A stretch of 18,930 bases of DNA from Fidelibacterota bacterium (lineage in GTDB: Bacteria; Fidelibacterota; Fidelibacteria; Fidelibacterales; DSDE01): NCBI GenBank assembly GCA_046735395.1, contig JBJKQR010000013.1, positions 1 to 18,930 of the forward strand. The letters are read 5' to 3'. The notes under the pieces were generated by a model. That model made no database searches and was not told where the DNA came from. It saw only the letters and a program-made list of their open reading frames with translations. The stretch's first letter is position 1, and the number at the start of each line of letters is the position of its first letter. The translations under genes were made by a program, and so were the position numbers. Shown piece after piece: positions 1 to 8,303 of the stretch.

Positions 1-72
1 GGGATCAATCATTTTATCCAAAGTGATTTCAAACAGGGTTCCTTGAGATTGGGAGGATTGATGACCTTTCAT
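1..72 (-). CDS. IS5-family transposase, N-terminal fragment (runs off the window edge)
   Basis: Hand translation of the minus strand from the ATG at 72 gives MKGHQSSQSQGTLFEITLDKMIDP, open to position 1. It is preceded by the SD-like GAAAGGATAAA. The pattern 'Q-x-x-LF-x-x-x-L-x-x-[MLI]-I-[DN]-P' matches my recollection of IS5/InsH-type (DUF772) transposase N-termini. An in-frame upstream ATG at 93 is an alternative start. Only 24 codons are visible. Confidence 0.7.
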   Translation of the reverse strand, partial: MKGHQSSQSQGTLFEITLDKMIDP

Positions 73-103
73 TTTATCCTTTCGTATTGCCATGTTTTTA
101 ATG

Positions 104-133
104 AATTTAACACATTCTCGGATAAAACACCAA
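104..133 (-). promoter_or_regulatory. Candidate sigma70-type promoter for the transposase
   Basis: Minus strand reads TTGGTG (133-128), an 18-nt spacer ending in TGT, then TAAATT (109-104). This is an extended -10 (TGnTAnnnT) about 30 nt upstream of the ATG at 72. The region is AT-rich, so a chance match is possible. Confidence 0.3.
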
Positions 134-211
134 GATAATTATTAAGATATATCTATTATTATCAATATGTTATGTGATTATTAAGGGGCGACTATATATT
201 TTATCATCCTG

Positions 212-1612
212 TTGGGAATCGGTATTTCAAAATCCCGGAAGATTCAGACACAGGGTGATTTCGCTGTCGCCGGACGGACTCTGCAGCCCTGGGTTCTGGT
301 GGGTACAATGCTGGCTACCTGGATCGGAACCGGATCGGTTCTGGGGAACGCGGGGGAAGCGTATCGCAGCGGAATCGCGGCCCTGATCCTGCCCCTTGGC
401 GGAATCACCGGTATCATTCTTTTGATCCGTATCGCCGGAAAAGTCCGGAATATGGACGTATTCACCGTTCCGGAAATTATCCGCCGCCGTTTCGGCGATA
501 CTGCCGGAATTCTATCGATTCTCGCGCTGGTTTCCGCCTATATGGTCATCGTCTCCTACCAGTACAATGCGGGGGGCGCGGTACTCCATACCATATTCAA
601 CGGCCAGAACGGGAGCGCAGGACTTTCACTTGCCTCCGCGACTGTTATCGCCGCCATTGTCATCGTCCTCTATACTATGCTGGCAGGCCTGCTGAGCGTT
701 GCCTTCACCGATGTGGGCAATGGCATCCTCATGACCCTGACCCTGCTCATTGCTCTCCCGGTTCTGATCTGGAAAACGGGAGGCCTCTCGGGTATGGATG
801 CGGCCTTTTTAGCCCAGGGGAAAAGTTCTCACATGCAGCTCTTCGGTGTCTATTCGGGCCTAAATATTCTGAATTTCCTGCTGCCGCCCTTTTTACTGGT
901 TCTGGGTGATGCCAATATGTATCAGCGCTTCTCCGCCGCCCGTGACGCGCGCGGAAGCCGCCTGGCGGTCATGATCCTGGTTTTTGCCGTCCTGCTCATC
1001 GAGGGCCTGATCATCACCCTGGCCTGGATGAGCTCCAGCCTGGTTCCTGAAGCCGTCAACGGCCGGCATATTCTGATTTATGCCGCCTATCATTTCATGC
1101 CCCCTCTTCCGGGAGCGCTCATGCTGGCCACCATTATCGGCATCATCGTCTCGACCGCCGATTCATATCTGCTGGTTCCGGCCACCACCCTGATCCGGGA
1201 TCTCTATCTGAAATATATTCGCCCCGACACATCGGAACGGAAAATTGTTCTGCTCAGCAGGCTCACGGTTCTGCTTCTGGGATTCGCGGCCTATCTGCTG
1301 TCGCGGGGCTTTGCCCGTTCCGCCGGTTTTTTTGATCGCGCCCTGTATGCCTATACAATTTACGGTGCATCCATCACACCCAGTCTTCTGGCCGCGCTGT
1401 TCTGGAAACGTGCCACCTCCGCAGCGGCTGTCGTTTCCATCTCCAGCGGAATTCTGGTCACCCTTCTCTGGAAGGAAAGCTCGCTGTTCACCCTTTTTCT
1501 TCCGGAAACTCTAACGGCAAATCTGAACGAAGTCATCCCTGCCACGGCAATCTCGGTCCTGTCTCTGATTGCCGTGAGTCTCTTTTCGTCCGGAAGATCC
1601 GGAAAAATATAA
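212..1612 (+). CDS. Sodium:solute symporter (SSS/SLC5 family), probably 5'-truncated by the IS
   Basis: SSS hallmarks are present: 'DFAVAGR', 'ATWIGTGS', 'FTVPEII..RFG', 'YTMLAGLLSVAFTD', 'MYQRF' and 'STADSYL', plus many TM helices. The frame continues upstream of the TTG at 212 as I-Y-F-I-I-L (194-211), which looks like part of TM1, and hits a TAA at 182-184 inside the IS end. No ATG or well-placed SD is present. Confidence 0.9.
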   Translation: MGIGISKSRKIQTQGDFAVAGRTLQPWVLVGTMLATWIGTGSVLGNAGEAYRSGIAALILPLGGITGIILLIRIAGKVRNMDVFTVPEIIRRRFGDTAGILSILALVSAYMVIVSYQYNAGGAVLHTIFNGQNGSAGLSLASATVIAAIVIVLYTMLAGLLSVAFTDVGNGILMTLTLLIALPVLIWKTGGLSGMDAAFLAQGKSSHMQLFGVYSGLNILNFLLPPFLLVLGDANMYQRFSAARDARGSRLAVMILVFAVLLIEGLIITLAWMSSSLVPEAVNGRHILIYAAYHFMPPLPGALMLATIIGIIVSTADSYLLVPATTLIRDLYLKYIRPDTSERKIVLLSRLTVLLLGFAAYLLSRGFARSAGFFDRALYAYTIYGASITPSLLAALFWKRATSAAAVVSISSGILVTLLWKESSLFTLFLPETLTANLNEVIPATAISVLSLIAVSLFSSGRSGKI

Positions 1613-1624
1613 GCAAAGCTTACT

Positions 1625-4600
1625 TTATTTCATTAATACGAAACGAATCACAGCGCTGTGACGTCCGGACACGAGACGGCAGAAATACACGCCGGATGAG
1701 TACCCGCTCATATTCAGGTTCAGACTGTAGGAACCGGCCTGCATTTCACGGTTAAGCGCCGTCATGACATGCCGTCCCTGAATATCGTAAATATCCATCT
1801 TCACCAGACCCGGTTTATCCAGATCATAGCGAATGGTGGTCACAGGGTTGAAGGGATTGGGATAGTTCTGCGACAGGGAGAATTTCTCCGGAATCATTTC
1901 ACTGACAGCGGAAACCGGCTCAGCTGTAAAATAGAATTTTACCGTATCGGCCAGTTCACCGACGCCGAAATCCTTCACAACAACCGTGATCAGGGATGTT
2001 CCTGCATAATCATTCACGGCTTTCAGCGTGAAACGGCTTCCCGACACATCACCATATTTGGAAATTAAAATATCCGATGTATCCGAAGTCGCTGTGAGCA
2101 GATGGATGTCCCCGGCATTTTCATCCGTATAATAAACATAGATGGAAAGCCGTTTTCCTGTCAGCGCACTCGTATCCGGCAATGCATCCACAACCGGAGG
2201 AAGATTTGCCGGCAGGACACCGGTGGATTTTTTTACAACCTGCAGCTGATCAATATAAATCGTTGAGGATTCGAGAGTGAAATTCTGTCTCCTGACATGA
2301 ATCCCCTCCATCTTGTAACTGCTGCCGTCCATGGCACCGTTGCCGATGCCATCCCAGACTCCGATAGTATTCGGGTCTGACAGCTTCCATTCAAGCAGCT
2401 TCCAGCCACTCCAGTCCATCGCAACCCAATTCGAAACTTCCGCTATCTGGCCGCCTGTTTCATAGAGAGAAAAGCGGAAATCGTTTCCGCTTCCGTCACC
2501 ATAAACGTAAGCCTGTAACGTCCAGGTCGTATCGAAGGTGACCTGATCGACCGGGGAAGCGCAATGTTCCCGCAGCCAGTTACCCGTCGTGACGGCCGCA
2601 TCCCAGATATAATTAAGCTGTCCGGCCACACTTTCCTCCCCCGGAACGGAATTGGAACTGAATCCGAAAGAGGATGTTCCGTCCACACCGACCCATCCGC
2701 CAGAACCTGTGGGTGCCCACCATCCTGTTTTTGAAGAAAAATTATCAATCAGCTTCTTCTGAGCCAGAAATTCCGGACTCGTCTGCAGAACAACCGGATC
2801 CGTCAGAAGCGACGTATTTCCGACTGTATCCGCCACGCTCGTGAAATTCAATGTATACTGCGTATCCGGAAGCAGCATGCTTCGCGGCACGAAATTGACT
2901 TCGTTCCCATTGACGCTCACATACAGGGAGGCGTGCGTTCCCGGCCCTTCCAGTGAGACATCCTGAGGAATGGAAGCCGGATCAATGCTCTCATCAAAAC
3001 GGCAGCTGACGACGTCAAACGGCTGAAAGGGAGTATTGAAAACGCTCGACAGCAGAACCGGACCTTCCGTATCCATATCATCCGTTCTGAAGCTCAGCTG
3101 AAAATCGCCGCCGGCCACACCGTCGCCGTCTCCGTCCAGAGCCATTCCGCTTTCGTCCACAACTGTTCCCGGAACCGTGATACTGTAGTCTGTGCTGTGC
3201 TCAAGCATATCCGGAAAAGAGACGGACACTTTTTTACGGCCGTCCAGCCAGGTGGCCTTGTCCCAGCTGAATTTCACCGAAGCGGGCAGCGGAGTGATGG
3301 AAAAAGCATTTTCAAAGGAAGCCTGATCCATGCTCTTGTCGAATTCAAACCCGATGATGGCATTCACTTTTACGAGACCCGCTCCTGTTTCGGAACAGGT
3401 CAGGGAGGCGGGAAGAGTTTGGAGTGAATCGGTCACAACCGGTGTCGACAGGCCGGATTCATTCCAGAAGCGGTCGGCAGCTGAAACGGCAAAATACTGC
3501 CGTCCGGCCAGAGTTCCATAGGGTGAAAAATCTTTCTGATACGATGCACTGCCGTCAGAGAATACAATATCCTCAATGGCGCTGCTGTCGGGATCGAAAT
3601 TTTCGCTCCCGGAGCGATAGATGATATACCATTGACCGCTACCCTTCACCGGCGCCGGATCTACAGAGAGTGTATAGGAGTATTCGGAATTTTTTGTCAG
3701 CTGCAGCAGGGGCGTATCGGGTGAAACAAGGCCCTTGCCGACAGGATTTGGACGGATTTTTGCCTTATTTCCAAAAAATGTCTGCCCGGCTTCTTCCCAG
3801 TAGGAATGATCCTTCCAGCTTCCATATGAAAAAAACTGAAAGCCGTCAACCCAGTCAATGCCCCGAATGGCATTCACGATAGACGGATGACGATACCAGA
3901 CATTATTATCAGACAGAATATAGGATCCGGGACCGGCGGAAAAAAGCGTTCCGTTCGCGATACCCTTGCCGATCCAATGCTGCCAGCTTTCCGTACCGCC
4001 GGTGGACAGCGCCTGAACAAATCCATTCGCATCCGTCCAGTGATAATGCATGGGCGTCAACTGGTCCACAACGCCTTCATTAAACCATAGAGCCGCGTCC
4101 TGAAACACCGAGCCATATCCCTGCCAGGTGCTCCAGTTATATTTTCCCAGAGCGGCGGCCGAAACCCGAACCCAGGGTTTAACCTGCTGAATCGAATCAT
4201 GAACTGCTTCCACGAAGGCGGTCACACAGGCCCGGCGCCAGTCATCCCAGCTGGGGAAGGCGCCGCCATGGCCGAAAAGCTCGCTGCTGTCAGGAATGGC
4301 AGATCCGGACGTATGCTGCGAATCCCAGATATAACGGCTGGCCTTGGAGGACATGAGAACGTTGATTTCCCTGTCGCTCCACTGTCCGTCCATCCGGTCT
4401 TCCTTTTCAGCAAGTTCGGCCAGATCCTGAGACCCTTTGCTGCTGGAATACTCATTCCAGCGGACATAATCAAAATGAATCCCGTCCACATCGTAATTAT
4501 TCACGATTTCCATGACGAGATCACGGGTATAATCGCGAACAGCCTCCAGTCCCGGAGAAACGCAGCGGCTGGCCGTCATAGGGTTGCCGTCCGCATCGCG

Positions 4601-5008
4601 GCAGATCCAGTCCGGATGTTCTGCAGCGACCGTACCCGAAGCAGTGGACGATGTCTGAAATGTATTGAACCAGGCATGGAGCTCGAGGCCCTGTGAATGT
4701 GCGTATTCAATCGCATAAGCCAGCGGGTCATATCCAGGATCACTGCTGCCGATATAGGAACCCCAGGGTTCATATTGAGACGGGTAATAACAGGTACCGC
4801 CCTGACGGACATGCCAGAGGACCGCATTCATATTGGCCTTTTTATGATTATCAATAATTTCACGTGTCCTGGCTTTCAGCTGATCGACGGTTGCGCCGCT
4901 CCAATATTGATGCCAGGTAATCGTCCAGGTCGCCCTGAATTCCTCGTTGGCATTCCCGGCAAACAACAGTACCGGAAGTAAAATGCCCAGAATAAGTGAT
5001 TTTTTCAT
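1625..5008 (-). CDS. Secreted multimodular GHL10 (DUF187, YddW/DigH-like) glycoside hydrolase with FN3/Ig-like, CBM-like and T9SS-like C-terminal sorting domains
   Basis: Signal peptide MKKSLILGILLPVLLFA. GHL10 motifs 'EFRATW', 'YDPLAYAIEYAHSQGLELHAWFN', 'YDVDGIHFDY', 'WRR' and 'VKPWV'. Big_5-like repeats ('FDKSMD', 'FDESID'). C-terminal domain 'LSQNYPNPFNP..SGVYFCRL..FVLMK'. Confidence 0.88.
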   Translation of the reverse strand: MKKSLILGILLPVLLFAGNANEEFRATWTITWHQYWSGATVDQLKARTREIIDNHKKANMNAVLWHVRQGGTCYYPSQYEPWGSYIGSSDPGYDPLAYAIEYAHSQGLELHAWFNTFQTSSTASGTVAAEHPDWICRDADGNPMTASRCVSPGLEAVRDYTRDLVMEIVNNYDVDGIHFDYVRWNEYSSSKGSQDLAELAEKEDRMDGQWSDREINVLMSSKASRYIWDSQHTSGSAIPDSSELFGHGGAFPSWDDWRRACVTAFVEAVHDSIQQVKPWVRVSAAALGKYNWSTWQGYGSVFQDAALWFNEGVVDQLTPMHYHWTDANGFVQALSTGGTESWQHWIGKGIANGTLFSAGPGSYILSDNNVWYRHPSIVNAIRGIDWVDGFQFFSYGSWKDHSYWEEAGQTFFGNKAKIRPNPVGKGLVSPDTPLLQLTKNSEYSYTLSVDPAPVKGSGQWYIIYRSGSENFDPDSSAIEDIVFSDGSASYQKDFSPYGTLAGRQYFAVSAADRFWNESGLSTPVVTDSLQTLPASLTCSETGAGLVKVNAIIGFEFDKSMDQASFENAFSITPLPASVKFSWDKATWLDGRKKVSVSFPDMLEHSTDYSITVPGTVVDESGMALDGDGDGVAGGDFQLSFRTDDMDTEGPVLLSSVFNTPFQPFDVVSCRFDESIDPASIPQDVSLEGPGTHASLYVSVNGNEVNFVPRSMLLPDTQYTLNFTSVADTVGNTSLLTDPVVLQTSPEFLAQKKLIDNFSSKTGWWAPTGSGGWVGVDGTSSFGFSSNSVPGEESVAGQLNYIWDAAVTTGNWLREHCASPVDQVTFDTTWTLQAYVYGDGSGNDFRFSLYETGGQIAEVSNWVAMDWSGWKLLEWKLSDPNTIGVWDGIGNGAMDGSSYKMEGIHVRRQNFTLESSTIYIDQLQVVKKSTGVLPANLPPVVDALPDTSALTGKRLSIYVYYTDENAGDIHLLTATSDTSDILISKYGDVSGSRFTLKAVNDYAGTSLITVVVKDFGVGELADTVKFYFTAEPVSAVSEMIPEKFSLSQNYPNPFNPVTTIRYDLDKPGLVKMDIYDIQGRHVMTALNREMQAGSYSLNLNMSGYSSGVYFCRLVSGRHSAVIRFVLMK

Positions 5009-5024
5009 GTGTCTCTTCCCCTGA

Positions 5025-8000
5025 TTATTTTAATAGTAAGATCTTTCTGCTGATTAAAATTTTACCCTCAGATTCCAGCGTTACAAAGTAAATGCCGGAA
5101 GCCATATTTTTCCCGTTCACGTCAATGGAATGCGCACCGGGCTGCACACGTTCATTCAGCAATTCACGAATCTGCCGCCCGCGGATATCGTAGAGCCGGA
5201 TCGAAACAGGAGTCTGACGGCTGAAATGAAAGTTGAGAGTTGTATTGGGGTTAAAGGGATTCGGATAGGCCGGGCTGAGGCTGAATTCCTCTGCAAACAC
5301 CGGCGCTGGTGCCTCTACTCCCGTCAGATAATGCAGTGCATTCAGATCCGTACTGAACACTGACAGGCCGTTCACAGCGCTCAGTACAAGGATATTCAGT
5401 ACTGATCCGCTTCCCTGATGAACCGTAACTTTTCCGATTCTGTCCGGATTTGCCTGCGATCCCAATGAAAATGATTTCAACACCGGCCAGAAAGTCCGGA
5501 AGTCGGTGACCTCGGCAAGATACATCCGTTCAGCACCGGCATCATATCCGGCCATAAACTGGCCGCCATTGACGCGAATATAGTCCAGGGCGCACACATT
5601 CACCGGAAAAACATCACGGCTGTCCGCATAATCCAGAAAGCTTCCATCCGAGCGGCAGTATTTGATATCCTGTCCGGAAGCTGTATAATAGAAGGGGCTG
5701 TCATCTGAATCGGAAATAAAAGCTACGGTCGGAGATGTGGATGTGGATTTAGGCAATGCCAGTGTATCAAGCTGAAATCCTGAAACCGTCTGCCGCAGCG
5801 TGATCAATTCCTTGATCCGGCGGGGAATCCAGGAGATGCGCAGATCTCCGTTACCTTCCGATCCCCGGATATCAATATGTTCTCCGCTGGTATTTTCCAC
5901 ATGATCCACCCGGGCCAATTCTCTGGGATTACCCTGAAAATCATCCAGGCCCAGCAGAACAAACACGCTGTCTTTCAGGCTGCGGGTCGAGAGATAGAGT
6001 TTTCCATCCCCGGCAACGGCAATATCCCCGATCCGGCAATTCGAAGGAAACGCATCATCAAGCCTGCGGCTGTCCAATACGGAGCCATCATCCAGGTCTG
6101 TTTTTACAATCGCGATTCCTGCTGAATCCAGAATTCCCAGATAGATATAGACTCCGTCACTGGAAAATGCCCCGGCCGTCACGGTCTGATCCGGTCTCTG
6201 CGCGAGATCTGGCCGCAGCTGCCATAAAATGTGCAGACTGTCATCGACGGTCCGGAAGCGCTGCGTTTCTGACCAGCTCTCAAGTCCGGCCGGTGACACA
6301 CGCCAGAAATACCTCTGACCTGCCTGCAGTGAAGCGGGCAGGTACGAAAGCCCGTGAACCGGAATCAGGCTTCCGACCGGCTCCCTGAAGAATTCATCCT
6401 CTGCAATGCTCAGAACATAATTGCTGAAGGTATCAGCAGCAGTCCAGGACATGAAGGTTGAGTCCGGATCCAGGCCTTCGGCCAGATCCTTGGGAAACAG
6501 GGAAATGCTGGACGGCGCAGATTTCGTAGCAAAGGAATAAACGGGAGACCAGACCGTGCCTGCATCCTTGCGTACACGCCAGTAATAGCGTTTGCCGTAA
6601 TGCAGCAGTGAATCCGTGTAAGTAAAACTCGTATCCCCGTATGCGCTGAGATCCGTCACGATCCAGATGAATCCGGGATCTTCTGCTAATTGGAAGTGAT
6701 AGCTTGAGGCGATCTCCGTCGCCCAATGAAATTTCGGATCCCGAATATTCTCGTTTTCCTGATTATCCGCAGGCTCCAACAAGGCAACCGGATCACTGTC
6801 TTCCGTCAGAATCACCTCGACAGGAGAACTCTCGTTATTCAGTCTGTCCAGAGCCGAAATCCAGATATGGTCTCCGCTCTGCCAGTCCGTCACTGTCAGT
6901 TCACTGAGATTGTCCGTCGTAATCTGCCAGATATTATCCGAAAGCGATGTATCCACGGCTGCAGAACTGCTTCGATACACGACATAGCGGTCCGCTTCAC
7001 GGCTGCCGTCCCAGGTGATCCTCAGCGTGTCACCATCAAGGACGCCTGCCACATTCAGCGGGGCAGCCGGCGGAACGTTATCCTTCCAGGTCATGATCGG
7101 CGTTAGGGCCGGGCGGGCATTCAGGTCATCCCGCAGCAGATCGGGGAAGTAATTGAGGATACTGGTCGCGGAATAATAGATGCTGCCTTCACAATTTGCA
7201 TTGCTGCGATTCGCCAGAATCTGATTTTTCATTTCGCTGTCGGACCAGTTCCGGTAAGCACCCTGACCCACATAGAGATGGCGGGAATTTGCCGCGGCCT
7301 TTTCACCCCACCAGGGCATGAGCTTGCCGTAATCCTGTCCGCCGCCGAAGGGCCAGTAGAGCTGAGGTGTCACATAATCGATGATTTTCCTGTCCAACCA
7401 GGTCACCGCATCACAATAAATGGCGCTGTAGGCGTCCAGCCCGACGATGCCGGAGGGAACCCCGGATTTCCAGATGCCGAAAGGGCTCATTCCGAATTTC
7501 ACCCAGGGCTTGACGGCCTGAACACTGTCATAGATGGCCGTCAGCAGCTGATTCACATTATCCCGTCTCCAGTCTCCGATATTCGTGAAACCGCGGCTTT
7601 CCTTCGCGAATGTCGCCGCGTCCTGACTTGTGATTCCTTCGTATGGATAAAAATAGTCGTCCATGTGAATGCCGTCCACATCGTAGCGGTTCACCACATC
7701 CATGATCACGGACAGGACGTAATCCCGAACCTCCTGCCGGCCCGGATCCAGGATATAGGCCGTACTTTTCGACGCCCCGCTCAATTCATCCTCGGGACGG
7801 ATGAAGGCTACGCTATCGCCCTTTTTGCCGGAAACGGTCAGGAGCCAGTCCGGATGCTTCACAACCACATGATGCTCAGACAGTGTATAGCCCGTGCCGG
7901 TCAGAGCCCTGTAGGGATTGAACCAAGCATGCAGCTCCATCCCGTGCTTCCGCGCTTCATCAATCGCCATCTGCAGCGGATCGTAGAAAGGTTCGGGTGC

Positions 8001-8285
8001 TTTGCCCTCAGTTCCGGTCAGATAGTGGGACCAGGGCTCGATCTCCGAATAATACATCGCATCACAGGAGGGCCGAATCTGAAAGATCACCGCATTGATA
8101 CCGAGTGACTGCAGATGATCAAACAAAGCTGTCAATTCAGCCTGCTGAGCGGTACTGCCTCCGCTTTTCGGCCAGTCGATACCGCCGACGGTTGCGACCC
8201 AGGCTCCCCGGAATTCATATTTCGGGGATGCTGTGCCCAGAACAGCCAGAAGCAAAAGTACAAAAACGCTGCGAAGTGGTTTCAC
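5025..8285 (-). CDS. Secreted multimodular GHL10 (YddW/DigH-like) glycoside hydrolase with FN3-like repeats, possible beta-propeller and T9SS-like C-terminal domain
   Basis: GTG start with AGGA upstream, followed by a signal peptide. Near-canonical YddW motifs: 'EFRGAWVATVGGIDWP', 'FQIRPSCDA', 'ELHAWFNPYR', 'DGIHMDDYFYPY', 'WRRDNVN', 'KFGMSPFGIW' and 'DYVTPQLYW'. C-terminal domain 'AYPNPFNP..ASGIYF..KILLLK'. Confidence 0.92.
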   Translation of the reverse strand: MKPLRSVFVLLLLAVLGTASPKYEFRGAWVATVGGIDWPKSGGSTAQQAELTALFDHLQSLGINAVIFQIRPSCDAMYYSEIEPWSHYLTGTEGKAPEPFYDPLQMAIDEARKHGMELHAWFNPYRALTGTGYTLSEHHVVVKHPDWLLTVSGKKGDSVAFIRPEDELSGASKSTAYILDPGRQEVRDYVLSVIMDVVNRYDVDGIHMDDYFYPYEGITSQDAATFAKESRGFTNIGDWRRDNVNQLLTAIYDSVQAVKPWVKFGMSPFGIWKSGVPSGIVGLDAYSAIYCDAVTWLDRKIIDYVTPQLYWPFGGGQDYGKLMPWWGEKAAANSRHLYVGQGAYRNWSDSEMKNQILANRSNANCEGSIYYSATSILNYFPDLLRDDLNARPALTPIMTWKDNVPPAAPLNVAGVLDGDTLRITWDGSREADRYVVYRSSSAAVDTSLSDNIWQITTDNLSELTVTDWQSGDHIWISALDRLNNESSPVEVILTEDSDPVALLEPADNQENENIRDPKFHWATEIASSYHFQLAEDPGFIWIVTDLSAYGDTSFTYTDSLLHYGKRYYWRVRKDAGTVWSPVYSFATKSAPSSISLFPKDLAEGLDPDSTFMSWTAADTFSNYVLSIAEDEFFREPVGSLIPVHGLSYLPASLQAGQRYFWRVSPAGLESWSETQRFRTVDDSLHILWQLRPDLAQRPDQTVTAGAFSSDGVYIYLGILDSAGIAIVKTDLDDGSVLDSRRLDDAFPSNCRIGDIAVAGDGKLYLSTRSLKDSVFVLLGLDDFQGNPRELARVDHVENTSGEHIDIRGSEGNGDLRISWIPRRIKELITLRQTVSGFQLDTLALPKSTSTSPTVAFISDSDDSPFYYTASGQDIKYCRSDGSFLDYADSRDVFPVNVCALDYIRVNGGQFMAGYDAGAERMYLAEVTDFRTFWPVLKSFSLGSQANPDRIGKVTVHQGSGSVLNILVLSAVNGLSVFSTDLNALHYLTGVEAPAPVFAEEFSLSPAYPNPFNPNTTLNFHFSRQTPVSIRLYDIRGRQIRELLNERVQPGAHSIDVNGKNMASGIYFVTLESEGKILISRKILLLK

Positions 8286-8303
8286 GTATTTTAATTCCTG
8301 AAA

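Larger units (their letters stand above)
1..194 (-). mobile_element. Left end of an IS5-family insertion sequence (partial)
   Basis: Transposase N-terminus at 1-72, an AT-rich spacer at 73-180, then TTAAGGGGCGACTA at 181-194. Read inward this is TAGTCGCCCCTTAATAA, which resembles the ...GACTA termini I recall for this IS5 subgroup. Homology-like symporter sequence starts right after it. Confidence 0.65.

Noticed and set aside
134..163. Imperfect AT-rich dyad centred on AGATATATCT in the IS end
   Set aside because: Such symmetry is expected by chance in very AT-rich DNA, and no function can be assigned.
174..386. 70-aa plus-strand ORF crossing the IS end
   Set aside because: It is out of frame with the symporter, spans the IS junction and has no protein-like features.
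1613..1624. Expected bidirectional terminator between convergent genes
   Set aside because: The gap is only 12 bp, with a short AAAGCTTT palindrome and no stable hairpin.
7278..8108. 276-aa plus-strand ORF (similarly 9553-10299, 14864-15694, 17509-18114, 18159-18698 and other short track ORFs)
   Set aside because: They lie antisense to, or out of frame within, well-supported genes and show no recognisable motifs. They are shadow ORFs caused by codon bias.
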